A stretch of DNA of 64,000 bases from Blepharisma stoltei ATCC 30299 (GCA_965603825.1 CBFDEM010000046.1:496001-560000); one strand, 5' to 3'. Positions 49,306-63,102 are shown, counted from the first letter of the stretch. Numbers and translations are program-made. The notes: generated by a model from the letters alone, not told the origin.

Positions 49306-52300
49306 TTAGTTTATTATTTCTTTAGAGTTTATAATAATTTCGAGTAAAAGGCAGGTCTTTTCAACAAATGTTTTTTCTTCTTTTAAATATGGTAAATAGT
49401 AAAATAAGCTTAAAACCGCCAACACAACTGAAAAAATAAAAGTAAGATTTGACATTAAACTCAGCTGATCATCAATATAAGCTTTCGAGATTTTGTCTGC
49501 TGAATTAAAATTTGATATTAAACTTGATGCTAATGTAAGAGCATTCATAAAGTATTTAGAATATTCTAACTCAGAATAATCTTCTGTTAAAAGCATAGCA
49601 TCATGCACAATCGACCAAGAAGCAGAAATAATTCCATATTTCATTATATTAGAAGTAGAATTTGTAGATTCAAAAAGATTTGATTTAATCTCCTTTGATA
49701 ATAAATATCCTCATTTATCGGAAAGTAAATCTAAGTATTGAGAATTATAGTTATCAATAATCTTGTAAAATTCTGCATAAGTATTTTTGAAATCATAAGT
49801 TTCCGGGAAATATTCTATGAGCATATTATCATTTATTTCCTTAATAAAGCGGGTTAATCTTGATATAGAAATACTTCGAAATTTAAAATTTTGTAATAAT
49901 CTTGACCTATCCAACATTGATTCTTGGCAATCTTTGTATAAAGCAAATATCATTGCCATATAAAAGGATAAAGAAATTATTATAATCAAGCTTAGCCTAA
50001 AAACAATTCTTTTAGCAAGTGTAGTTTTTATATAATAATTCGATAGTTTTGCTGTTTTATGATTAGAAGAAGCATATAGTGCTGGTTCTTTGCCATGAAC
50101 AGTTAATAGTCTTTCAGTAATCCTTTTTTCCAAATATTCAAAATTAGTACTAACTGCTTTTTTTAAATTTAATCAGAATTCTTCATATGCAAGTCTTAAA
50201 AAATGCACAAAGATAATAAGTATTAGTAAGCATATTCCGCAGACCAAAATTCCAATCGTAAATAAGCCATTAATAACTGAATTTTCAACACTTTTTGAAT
50301 TTTTTTCACACTTTAACAAATCTATTGATGCTTTATGAACATAATTAATAGCAAAGCTAGCACCATTTATTATTAGTCAGTTGGCATCATTTTCATGTGG
50401 TTCCTCTCTTTTTGCATCATCAATTAATTTCTGTCCCTAGATAAAGCTTACATAATCAATAAACATAGACAAAACATCATATAAATTGAATTTTCTTATT
50501 TTTGCCTCTGAATTGGGCTCCCATATTGGCACAATATTTTCAGTAGCGATATTAGAACAGTCACAATTTGTTCATTTGGGAAGTGTTTCAATTAATTCAG
50601 ATCTTGCTAAAATTATTTGCTCGTTTGTTCAATATAAAAATCTTAAATCCCGACTAAGATACGCAGCTTTTTCTTCTGAAATGTCATAATTAATTAAATA
50701 AGCTAAGTTAGAAGATGAAATCATAGCATACTCAATATTGCCTAAATTTGAAAAAACTGCTGATAAGTCTATGTCATTAACATTTTCAACTATATATACT
50801 AAAATTCCGATATTTGTAGCAATTAAAGCTAAGACCTGCATAATAATTACAGTTAAAAGAAAAATTCATTGAAATTTTTGAATTGCGAGAAGTGTATTTT
50901 TATTTTTTTGGTATGCAATTTCTATATGAAGATTACGCTCTGATGAACCAGATTTACTGATTTGACTAGCCGATATAGAAAGCTGGATTTTTTCTTCAGC
51001 TGATTTATAGCTGTTTTTGCTGAATAAATCTTGTTCTTTACACTCAAATGAATTTCTTAAATTAATTGAGCAATTTGCTAAATTATTTTTGTTAAGGTTT
51101 AACTGCTCATCTGACTTTTTATTTTTTCACATTTCTTGTTCATTGGCATCTGAAATGACTAAAATTAAGTGAATTTCAGTAAATTTTATCCGTTTAATGA
51201 TATGAACAAATTTTAAATCAAGATAGTTGTGCTGAATAGCAACTGGATTATATAGTTCCATATTTGATAGCTCAAATCCATCTATGATATTATGCAAATA
51301 CATATTAGCCATGTTTTGCTGTGGTAAGCCTAATAAAGAGGATAATTCGCTTGAATGACTATAGATTTCTCCTTCTTCAGATAATAAAATAGCTTGTCTA
51401 ATAGAAGAAATAGGAGAAAAAGAAACCAAGAAATAAGCTTTGTCTTTAAATGCTGTCAGCTTAACCAAAATATTGCATTCAAAAATATACCCAAGGCTGT
51501 CTTGCAAAATTAAAGAGTGAGGCTTTTCTATGGTTGTTCTATCGCCAAGCATCAGAAAGTCCTTCATTTTTTCATTATGATTCAGAGAATAAGGGAAAGG
51601 AATAAAATCGCTGAAATTTTTGCCTATTGCCTCAAGCACTGGTAATTTGAGAATATTAGAAGCCTTTGTATTTATAAAATCAATTTTTCCAAATGCTCCA
51701 TTTTCTGTAGACAGAAAAATAACCCCAACATTTTCTCTGCATTCTTCTAAATGTTCTTGATCATCAGATAAATCTTCTTTAATGCTATGCTTTTTCTTAA
51801 GCAAAGCGTTTCCTTCACTTGATTCTTTCAAAATGTTAATTAATAAATTTCCATATAAATCGAAAGGTTCAGGATGTTTATTATTATTAACTGTAAGTAA
51901 TCCATATAATCTTTTTGTTTCCCTAATTAAACTATATATTTCTTGGACAGAATTTCGGAGCTTGTATATGTGTGTATTTTTTTTATTAATTTCAATATAA
52001 AGATCAAGCAAAGAATTGCAAAGCTGCTTATCTTTTTTCTTTACTTTGCTGAGTCTTTCCAAATATTGTAAATATTCAATATCCTTTAGAACCTCAAATC
52101 CCCTTTCATGAAATTCTTTTGAGATTCTTAATTTTTGGATACAAGCTTCAAAATTTGGACGAAAATTTTTAATTTGAGCAAGCTTTACCATTCCTAGTCT
52201 TCTATCTTTGATAACATCGATATAAAAATAAGTTACTCATATGATAAAAAGTCCATCTTTTATGAATATTGTATTATTAGAATACTGTGAAAGCATTTCA

Positions 52301-53317
52301 ATCATTTCTTCTTTATTTTCACATACTTTACTCAACAATATATGTCTTATTGAATGCTCTAATTTATATTGGCTTGATAAAGGTTTCTTTATAAATTTCA
52401 ATGCTGATTCTTTTTTTATAAGTATCGAAATAACTAATATCACTGTAAAAGGTGTCAATAAAGTAGATATCAAAATTATTTCAAAAACATCATCATATCA
52501 ATATCCAAGCGCAAATGCAAGTGAGCAAGTTGCTATTGCAGTCATTTTAGTAGCATGAATCGCATTTTCTGTCAAGTTGTAATAAGGCAAAAAAATGGAA
52601 AATTTTGTCAGTAAAACAACTGCAAAAATAAATGTAAAAATAATTTGAATGCTTTAAATCGGCGCTAAGCAATTCATATGAAAAAACCATTAAAAACAGC
52701 AAACCAATTCCAACAAAACATAAGATTGATCCCGCTAAGCCATAGTTATAATCCTCTTTATTTGCACCAAGGTATTCCTGGACTAGAGAAGTGTTAAACG
52801 TCGAATATTTAAAAATTATGAGCAAAATTTTCAAACTTGGGATAAAAGCAGCTGTAACCAAAATATTTATTGTTACTTTAGAAAAATATTTCAACTGTTT
52901 TGAAATTTTTCACATATAAAATTTTGCTAGTCAAGCAAGTATGATGACAAAAAAACCAAAAAATATTGTAAAAATTTCTGCATAAAAGCATATCTCATAA
53001 ATACTACTTTCTTGACATATATTATCATAATTCGAATAGTTTAAAATTCTCCAAATCGATGAATTGTCATCCCACTTATGAGGTGTTTTTACAGGATACC
53101 AGAAAATTGAAACAACTTGAAAATTTTGCAATAAATTGTTGCATGCTTCAACAATTATTTGAACTCTGTAGGATGTTTTAGGACTGTAATGAGGGTGAAA
53201 AGCATCTACCAAGTAATTAATTAGCGACTTCACTATTTCTTCATAACGATTTTTACTTTTTGTATTGAGAATGCTTGATATGAAACCAATTGATCTCTCT
53301 TTTGAAATTAATCTCAT
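49306..53317 (-). pseudogene. Large multi-TM PAS-domain (TmcB-like) ciliate protein with one frameshift
   Basis: Seven track ORFs join via TGA-Trp and introns 50836-50850 and 50437-50451. PAS-like segment FGKIDFIN..AS..L......IGKN....IP.PYS..H and LPYYN motif. Frame changes near 52630-52650 with no GT-AG intron. Confidence 0.65.
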
Positions 53318-54647
53318 ATTTAATAATTAATTCAACTTGGATTAACAATCTATGTTAAAGGAAGGAACTTAATTTAAGGGAATAAAATAATAGTTTATAT
53401 TTAATAGGTCATAGAATTTTAATAGTTGTTAAAGTAGTCCTTCCAATTTTTCAATATCCCGACCTGAGCTTTAAATTTATAACTTTTATTTTTTTTTATT
53501 ATATATGCTATTTAGGATTGATAAGTATGCATTAGATTTCAAATCTAAAAACCTCTATAGTAGCATAATAAATGCTTTTGATCTCATTATAAGCAAACTT
53601 ATAGATCTTCTCTTGTAGAGTTAGTAGCCGTTTGAGCAATCAGACTTAATTATAATTATATGAAATAATTTTATTAAAACCTAATAGCTAAGACTATTGA
53701 TTCAGAGGTTGACGGGTTGCCCATTTCAGAAAATAATAATATTAATTTGTTATTTTAAACACGAATTTTTTCAGAAATATATTTAATAAGGCTACCGACG
53801 GTTATTTCTTGCAGTTAATAAGTTATTATATGTTGTGATAGAATTCAAATTAAGGATAGGATTATATTTATCTCTATTTTCCATCTTTATTTGAGAGCAT
53901 TTTGCATTTTTATTATTTGCTCTTTATAGTTGCGATCTTGATTTACCTTTTGTATAAAATTAAAATTCTTATCAAAGTTTTGAAGTTTAAACAATTATGT
54001 ACAAATCCATGATTTTTTATCAGTCTGTCCTAGATATTTAGGCATGCTCTTAATTAAAATCCTAATACATAGGATATGCTTAATTAGTTTATTTAAAATA
54101 AATCTTTGGCATTTTAATTTAACATACTAAACAGTTTGGCAAACCAATTCTATTTTGTTTTAACAATTCGCAAAAAATATCGCATTTATTATGCAAAGAG
54201 AAGATCAATAGAAAATAGATTTTTAAAGAATAGATCAAGGATCCTTAAAGAAAAGTAAGATAATAAATTCAAATTTACACTAAGACCCAAGGCATGCTTT
54301 TTGGCTGCCTTCAAATAGTATAGATTGCTACCGACTCCTACATCTATGACTTAATAAGAGCTTTAATTATTATTGTTTTGAAAAAAATTACTTAGTATTA
54401 GCTTAATATTTTAGAACTAACTGTGCAAATTTAGTTAAGCATTTTATCCCTAAAAAACTGTCCCTATGTTGTAAATCAAAAGTAAAATTATGCATTGTTT
54501 ATAAAGAAAATAATTGCAAGTTTAAGTTTTTATTCAATATTTTAATTTTTCTTTATATAGTCTTAAGTTTCTTATTACTTAAATAAATTTAAATACTTTT
54601 TAAAAATGTAAAATTCCATTTTATTCTCCAATGATCATAATAGTAAA

Positions 54648-55555
54648 ATGAGAGTCGTTTTAACAGGAGCCACGGGGTCAATTGGAAGCTCAGTTTTAGA
54701 GAATTTGGCCTATCATGGCCATGATATAACACTAACTATTAGAAATGAAGAGAAAGGGCAAGAAATAGTAAAGAGACATTATCCAAGAGCACATTACATT
54801 CTTTTTGATATTAACATCAATACGGCTCATCAGCTTGCTGATATAGCTGTAGGCTATGATGCCATAATTCATTGCGTCCAGCAGGCTTTTAGCCAAGAAG
54901 GAACTGAAGCAGAAAACTTAACAGTTAATGCTTTGATATTAGCAGTTAAAAAGACAGGTGAAACTAAGCATGTCTCTCTTGTGTATACTTTAGGAACTGG
55001 GCTATGTGGGAATACGAATGAAATTATTGATGAAGATCATGATGATACTTCTCACAGCTGGGACCTTGCAGCACCAAGAGGAATATTGGAGAAAAAAGTT
55101 ATAAATGCTAGCACTGAAAATGTTCATGGTGCAGCCTTAAGAGTTAGCTGGGTTTATGGGAAAAGTTTTGTGGATCAATGGATTAGAGCTTGCAAAACTA
55201 ATAATAAAATCATAATTGGAGGCAATCGGGATAATTCTCATATGTGCTTTATACATCATGAGGATTTAGCAAATATGTATAGAATTCTTATCGAAAGAAG
55301 AGCCTATGGACTGTTTTTTGCAGTGGAGCCAGAAGCTGTAACTCTTCAAAATTTAATCGAAAGAGTGTCAACACTTGGAAACATTCGTGAAATTGAAAGA
55401 GTTAATAATCCAAGGGAGCACTTTTAGGACCATACGGATTCTTTTTGCTTGGGCATGAAGTAGACCAGCAGCTTTATCCTAAAAGATTTATTGAGCTTTA
55501 TGATTTCCATCATACTCATAAATTTTTGGACTGGATAAATACTTTTCCTTTTTAA
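54648..55555 (+). pseudogene. NAD-dependent epimerase/SDR, copy G, with 1-nt deletion
   Basis: cac ttt ta gga cca here versus cat att tca gga cca in paralogs gives TTT TAG at 55422-55427. The shifted frame continues GPYGFF...NTFPF-TAA to 55555. Confidence 0.75.
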
Positions 55556-55846
55556 AAATTTATAAGGGTATTTATTAATTATTTTCTTATTATTTCTTTT
55601 ATACGATTTCAGTTAATGATTTTTAAGTGCTAAATAGAAAATTAATTGTATCATATAAATTCAGAGAGAAATAATAAAATAAAAGGAAGAATAAAGCTTA
55701 ATAAAGCATCTTCAATAATATTTCTATTGAAAATGATAAAAATAATGATAACTCTTTTCTATATTTCTTTATTGCCTAGCAGCAGAATAAACCATCTTGA
55801 ATCTTATGACAGCATTTTATGATAATAATTAAATCCAAACAGGAAA

Positions 55847-56419
55847 ATGTACGTCCGCAATTCCCCATTCGAAGATTATGGATTTAAGCCAGAAGTTGAC
55901 GACGATAGTGATCCTCCTCTCCTGGAAGACTTAGGAATAAACCCTGAACACATAAAACAAAAAACTTTCAGCGTCCTCACTTTTACATCAGTAGATGAGC
56001 GACTTTTAAGCGACCCAGACATGGCTGGCCCGCTCCTCTTTGTCGTGATTTTCGGCGCTCTCTTACTTTTTGCAGGAAAAGTCCACTTCGGCTATATTTA
56101 TGGCTTTGGCCTATTAGGATCATTTGGAATATACGCAGTCATTAATTTAATGTCTCAAGAAAGGGAGATCGATCTATACAGAACCGTTAGCATTCTCGGC
56201 TATTCTTTACTGCCTATTGTGCTACTAGCAGGAATCGGAGTATTTTTCAAGCTTAATGGGCCACTTGGGACTGTGCTTGCAATAATTTGTGTAGGGTGGA
56301 GCACTTTTACAGCTGCAAAGTTCTTTGAAAATTTACTTGAAATGAAGGATCAGAAGTATCTGATTATGTACCCAGTTTGTCTTATGTATGCTTGCTTTAC
56401 ACTTTTGACAGTGTTTTAA
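55847..56419 (+). CDS. YIP1: YIP1 family protein (YIPF5/Yip1-like)
   Basis: PPLLEDLGIN..HI..KT..VL, DMAGPL.F, GKVHFGYIYG, SILGYSLLP, L..YP..L.Y. Confidence 0.93.
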   Translation: MYVRNSPFEDYGFKPEVDDDSDPPLLEDLGINPEHIKQKTFSVLTFTSVDERLLSDPDMAGPLLFVVIFGALLLFAGKVHFGYIYGFGLLGSFGIYAVINLMSQEREIDLYRTVSILGYSLLPIVLLAGIGVFFKLNGPLGTVLAIICVGWSTFTAAKFFENLLEMKDQKYLIMYPVCLMYACFTLLTVF

Positions 56420-56672
56420 AATTAAATTAGGGTTCGATAAATTATGAATTGTTTGATCAGTTTAATGTAATCAACAAATAATCAAATTAATCTTAAAATT
56501 AATGGCTTTAATGAATTCTGGTAGTGCGATTTCCATTCAAAATAAAATTTTCAGGTAATACAAAATAAGAACTGTTTATAAAATTTATGCATTAAATTAT
56601 TGAATCAAAAGAAGTGTCAATGCAAGCAATATTCAAGCATTTTTTCTAATGGATAATAATTAATACAGCCTG

Positions 56673-57518
56673 ATGGTTTCTCGGATTATTACAAAAAGGG
56701 CTATCCATGCCAAAGCTTCCACATATTCTCCAAAATATCTTACAGCTTCACAGATAGATTCATATAACACCAATGGGTTCATTATTGCCCGTCAAGTTTT
56801 ACCCCCTAACATCACCAATAATCTCCAACGCTGGGCGAAAGAATTAGAGGACCTTCCAGAGACTCCAGGAAAGTGAATGAAATATTTCGAAGAAGACAAG
56901 GCCAAGAAATCTCGCCTTTTATGTCGCATAGAAAATTTTTTGCCTTATTTCCCTGAACTTAAAGAAGTCGCCTTAGGGTTGATAACTGATATCAGTTCAG
57001 ATTTGTTTTCTGAGCAGGCCGTCATATACAAAGAAAAAATCAATTTCAAATTCCCCAAAGGAAATGGTTTTAATGCACATCAGGACCAGCCAGCCTTCGT
57101 TAGTTTTGGAATTTCGAAGCTTTTGACGGTGCTGATGCCAATTGACCCTAATACAAGATTATCTGGTGGGCTTGATATTGTTCCCCAGGGACATATCCCC
57201 AGAGTTATTTTGCCTCAAAACAGTGATGGGGCTATAAGGACTGATGTTGAAGCCAAGCTCAACTGGGCTCCTGTTGATGCTGAGCCAGGAGATTTGGTGA
57301 TTTTTGATAGCTATACTCCACATAGAAGTGATATTAACTTGAGTAATTTCTGTAGAAGAAACTTGTATTTGACTTATAATCCGCTGTCTTTAGGTTCTTT
57401 GAGAGATCAGTATTATGAAGAAAAGAGAAGATCATTCCCTCCGGAGTGTGAGAGAGACCCGAATAAAGATTATAGTGCTGGCGCTAAAGTTTTTAATGTC
57501 GCGAATCCAATAAAATAA
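56673..57518 (+). CDS. phnY: Fe(II)/2-oxoglutarate dioxygenase (PhyH family), PhnY-like 2-aminoethylphosphonate dioxygenase
   Basis: PGK(W=TGA 56874-56876)MKYFE..RLLCRIENF..KEKINFK.P...GF..HQD.PAF.SFG, PGDLV.F.SY.PH.S, KR..FPPE.ER...KDYS....N..NPIK. Confidence 0.75.
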
Positions 57519-57665
57519 GTATTTGGTTAAATCTTTTTAATTTAGTGTCTTATTAGTTGAAATACTTGGATATTTTGGCATTGATAGAAAATATTTAGAA
57601 AATTTATAAAATTTGAAATAAAGATAATAGTTAGAAATTAATTTAATCTATATGCTATTTCAAGC

Positions 57666-58016
57666 CTATTCCTTTAATTTAGTCGAATTCAATCTATCTA
57701 GCAAAGTATCCCTAAAATCTGAAAATAGAGTATTATATTCTTTTATGCATCGCTGTGTGCAATCTGCTAAATTATTTGCATCCCAACAATCATGTTTGCA
57801 GTATTCAACTCCTTTTTTGATATAAAATTCTTGTTTTCTTTTAACAATTTCATCTAATGTATCCAATGAGCTTTTGCATGATTTTTCACATTCTAATTCT
57901 CCATCCTTGCATCTTGCTTTTATACAATTCTCTGCATTATTTTTAAGATTCATATATGGAATTGTTCATTCTGGGCTTCTCAAAAATACTTCTGTGTCAA
58001 AATAAAACTCTGCCAT
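57666..58016 (-). CDS. Small Cys-rich helical protein with repeated CxxxC (possibly FAM136A/DUF842-like)
   Basis: ATG 58016 via one TGA. CEKSC, YCKHDC, DCTQRC. Confidence 0.55.
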
Positions 58017-58148
58017 GAGAAATGAGATTATAATATAAAAAATTAAAATCTAAGTAAAAATAAAGTATGAAAAATATTGCCTTCATATAGAATTGAACAG
58101 CATATTAATTATTTTAATTTTCTTATCAACATAATTAATTTTGCAAAT

Positions 58149-58751
58149 CTAGATATTCAATGAAAGTCCTAAAGCGAATGAATACAGCCTTGAGTCTACC
58201 ATACACTGTCTCTCTTCTTGAATTTTTTTAATTTCTTCTAGAAGCTGGTCTGTTTTTGCAAATACAACATCAATAATTTCGCAAAGGTCCAGCTCTTGTT
58301 GAGGGTCTTTATTTTCTTCAAGATCTCCATTTACAGTTACTTCTACATACATTGTTTTCTCAGTGCTTTTCCAGGGATCAATTCAGACTTGAGGCCTTGC
58401 AAAATCTTCAGCAATGTCTCCAAGGCTTGCAGAGAACCCAGTTTCTTCTTTAAGCTCTCTAAGTGCTCCAAGCTCTATTTGCTCGTTATCATTTGAAGTC
58501 CCACCGGGAAAGCTCAGAACATAGCCTTCAACAGGATATCTATACTCCAATGTCAAAATGTAAAACCATTCATCATTTTTCAGTATCTTCGGGATAATGT
58601 CTACTCCTTGTTTCACCGACCCATGGGGTGGCCTACATACTATTTCCCATGTTATTCTTGATCCATCAGCTTTTTCTACAGTTTTCTCATGAAAATGCAT
58701 ATACTTCCCTTCATATAAACATTTCTCGTCAATAGTGGTAGGAATTTCCAT
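58149..58751 (-). CDS. NUDIX hydrolase, ADP-ribose pyrophosphatase (NUDT5-like)
   Basis: EYRYPV....LSFPGG..........ALRELKEETGF Nudix box. TGA 58383-58385 joins to IDPWKSTE. Confidence 0.88.
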
Positions 58752-58803
58752 AATAATTTTGATTATAATGCAATTAATTATTTTATCACAAAGCCATTGA
58801 AAA

Positions 58804-59220
58804 ATGGGAAGCCAGTGCTGCAATGGGAGAAATAAAGCTCCAGCTAAGAAAAATATTTATGAAACAACAGAGAAAGTTTTCTTAGAGACCAATAGGACAT
58901 TAAGCACCAAAAATACACTGACCTTCAGGTAAGAAATAGAAAGGAATCAAGATTTTGAAAGCTCTCAAGATGCAACTGAAAATGAATACAAGAAAACAGT
59001 GGTAGAATTGAATGGAGGCAATGAAATGAAAAGAACTGGGAACTGTCCTTATTGTAACGCTGAACAGGTAATAGCCAGCAAATTTAAACACTTAGAATGC
59101 ACTAATTGTATGCAGATTTACATGCAAGATGGATGCACTCGAACGCTCTATAAGTAAAACCTATACAGGCTGCCTCCTGGAAGCTCTTTATTTAGATCAA
59201 ATTCTCCAAAACGATCTTAA
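58804..59220 (+). CDS. Small acylated zinc-ribbon protein (128 aa), missed by the ORF track
   Basis: MGSQCC start. Introns 58929-58943 and 59154-59168. CPYC..x12..CTNC. Stop TAA at 59218-59220. Confidence 0.7.
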
Positions 59221-59316
59221 AATGTTGTAAAATTAATAATTCTTGTAAAAAAAGTTAACAAAAATCATTCCTTTTTAACTGCAAAAATGATTATTATTTC
59301 ATTTAAAGACTAGAAA

Positions 59317-60036
59317 TTATTTTTTAATTCCTGTAATCTCCAAGTCTTTATTTGACCTGAACCGGATTTTTTTCTTTGGGCTAGCTTGTGCGTTAAATAT
59401 ATTCTTATATTTCTGTGAATTAATCGGCTTTAATTTCTTATATACACTGTGAGGAGGGCTTCGAATTTTTAATGGAGTATTTCTATTATCCAGGGCATAC
59501 GACATGTCCTGTTTTTCTTTGATTACCAAAATACTATCTTTATTATTCACCTTTACTGGCTTCAATTTTCGGTATTTCAGGTTTTCTCATGGATTGTGCT
59601 TAAAGTAATTCAAAGTTTTGTAAGGCTGCGGTGGAGACTCAAATTCAAACCCTGTTGAATTTGGTCTTATAGCAAGTCCACGGTCAAAATCAGCTGGCGA
59701 TTTTTGTGTAGAAATGCTGCCTCTTTTCAGTTTTATTTTTCTCATAGGAAAAGAAGTTACTTGGAATCCTAAAGAATGCGACCTTGTTGCCTGAATAAAT
59801 GAAGAGTTCTCAACAGCAATTTCGCTTGGATTTTCTTTTCTAATTTCTTGCTTGGAGAATTCAATTGAGTCTACTTGTATAGAAATTTCACTCTGCGGGT
59901 TATGATCCACAATTTCGGTGATTTTTGAAAGGATTGGCTGCTTATTGTCTTTCTCATTTTCATGGTCGATTTGTCGTCTATTTAAAAATTACACTGGAAT
60001 TTCTCTTCCAAAATATTTTAATTTCTGAGTTTCCAT
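59317..60036 (-). CDS. Hypothetical basic low-complexity protein
   Basis: ATG 60036, intron 59978-59992, TGA 59587-59589 joins two track ORFs. Confidence 0.65.
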
Positions 60037-60054
60037 TTATCGAATGATTATTTA

Positions 60055-60552
60055 TTATGCCTTCAAAGCTGCCTTAGGAACGCTTTCTTGGTTCTCTGTA
60101 GCAATGATTTCGATATGGCAGTTTGAGCTCAAATAAGGCTTGATCCCACCATGTGCTCTGAAAGTTTTTCTTCTTCCTTTTTGTGCTCTGTTGACTTGAA
60201 CGTGCCACAGCGACATGTTTTCCACATCCAGTCCTTTGCTATCAGCGCTTGCTTCTAAGTTTCTAAGCAAATCCAAAACAACTTTGCAAGACTTTTCAGG
60301 CCATCTTCCTTGTGTGCATCCCCATTGCTTGGCTTGTGCATGCCTTCCAACACCTCCATGATACCTTCTAAATGGGACAATTTGTTTTTGTTCAATGACA
60401 TCTTCTAAGAATCCTTTAGCTTTCTTAAGAGGCATCCCTCTGATTGCTGCAGCAACTTCAAAGGTATTTTTGAAATGCACGCGGAGGTCACTACCTTTAG
60501 TAGAACAAGATTTAGCTGGGACTGCTGGTGACCGTGAATAGCTCTTTACCAT
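60055..60552 (-). CDS. RPL17: 60S ribosomal protein L17 (uL22)
   Basis: [48 protein letters not shown]. Confidence 0.97.
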   Translation of the reverse strand: MVKSYSRSPAVPAKSCSTKGSDLRVHFKNTFEVAAAIRGMPLKKAKGFLEDVIEQKQIVPFRRYHGGVGRHAQAKQWGCTQGRWPEKSCKVVLDLLRNLEASADSKGLDVENMSLWHVQVNRAQKGRRKTFRAHGGIKPYLSSNCHIEIIATENQESVPKAALKA

Positions 60553-60587
60553 TTATTTGATACCATACTTATCTCAATCTAATTAAT

Positions 60588-61313
<726 letters not shown>

Positions 61314-61422
61314 TTAATAACAAAATAGTGCATTATCAGCTATATATCTTTTTATATCAATTAATGGAAATAATTGGATATTGTTTATGCCATAATTAGG
61401 AATTGCATTAAATTATAACTAG

Positions 61423-63102
61423 TTAAACTAAATCACAGCCAGGAATTGTAATAAAAGCAGATATAATAGGCAAGCAAGAAACTTTATTTTGTAAAAAGAC
61501 CCTGATATTTTCACTTGCTCCTTCAATACTTCGAACAGCTATTTCTTGTCGATACTTAAGTGTAGGGACTAAGCAAGGGAAATAAGTGAGAGGTGTAAGA
61601 ATTTGAAAAAGCTTAGGGTCATATGAAAAAGAAACGACAATATCTGTAGAAGATTGCCTGCCCTGATTTTGTACTTCCAAAATTATTGTAAAAAGTGGGC
61701 CTAATCCTTGAACATAAGCACCCATACTCAGCTGTGACTCTATGCTCTGATTAGTTGGCTCTTGATATTGTAACTGCAAATATGCTTTTGCAGTCCTCAA
61801 TCTTAATGATGTCAAATCTCTCAAAAATCCTCCATACATCTGTCTAGCGCTTTCTTTTTCTCTATCAACTTGTTCTAAATACAGTTTGGACTTAGCTGGT
61901 ATCACTAATGGGATTTCTTGTTCAGGCGGAGGTCCAATGAACTCATTTCTCCCTTCTAAATTTGCCTTTTTGTCAATAAGTTTTACCACAATTCCTCCAC
62001 TTTTGACGTTGAGCACCAATGATCCTTCTTCTCTTCCATAAGACCCAAAAGCCATCCCTAATATAGTTTCTCCAATACTCAAAGAGTGTAATAGAACTTT
62101 ATCTTTATAAAGCCTTATTTCTCCATTAGCTAATGCTACAAGTAGACCTTTGAATACACGAGCTCTTGTGAGCTTTAGCATTTCAATGCAGGAAACTTGT
62201 TCAGGCATGTATAGAGTGTAAAGCTTTCTCCCTTTGATGTGGTAACAATGTACTTTTTGGTCAACAGATCCCACAAAAATGCTTCGGTCAATATTAATAA
62301 GGCCTACTGAGTGGGTTTCCAGCTCTATGATGCTTGGCATCAGCTGCCCATTTTTTACTGTGTATATATTAGAATCCCTACAAGCCACAAGAATTCGATA
62401 CTCACCACTAAAAAGTCCAGCAGTCGATATAAAGGCAGGGACATCTGGCAATACAACTTTTGTAATAATAGCTGAGCCTGTTTTATCTAAAACATACAAA
62501 AACTTGTGCTCAGTCCCAATAACAAGCACTGATACTGCATTTTCTAGCTCTTGGTCTAATTTAAGCACTCCCAATGTGGTAATTGACGTATTTTGTACCA
62601 GTGGAGTCAACTTAGTCGCTTCAATAAATTCCAGTCTTTCTTCATCTGAGTCATACGATAACAAATCCAAAGACCTATTACTTAGCAAACTCATAGATTC
62701 TCTTAAAGAAGATAATCTTGCTATAGCTTCAGTTGGATCCATCCTGCTTTCTTTTAAAGCTTCCCATATAGAAACTTCATCAGGCGGAAGCTCAAGGTTT
62801 GGCAATGTAAACTTAAAGAAAGGCCTCGAATTTTTGTAAATAAAAATAAATGAGCCAGACGCCACTGCTAAATTAGGAGGAGCGTCAATTTCTGAATAAT
62901 AAATAGCCACTGCTGAAGGGACATCTAGTAACAAACTTTCCCACGCTATAGAAGTCCCACGGTAGACTCGGAGCTTCTTCTTTAAATCAGCGATTACTAA
63001 GTTGTACTCGCCGTCTGACTTTAAATCTCCTAAACACATGCAAGCAGAGGTTGCTTTGAGGCCTGCAACAGGGTCTTGTCAAGAGTTAGTCCAAAGTTCC
63101 AT
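61423..63102 (-). CDS. BBS1: Bardet-Biedl syndrome 1 protein (BBSome)
   Basis: ATG 63102 via TGA 63079-63081. LGDL..DGEY.LVIAD, PFFKFTLP, FG.YGREE..L, GPPPEQ.IPL.IP.K.KLY.EQ..RE, VQGLGP.F. Confidence 0.93.
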
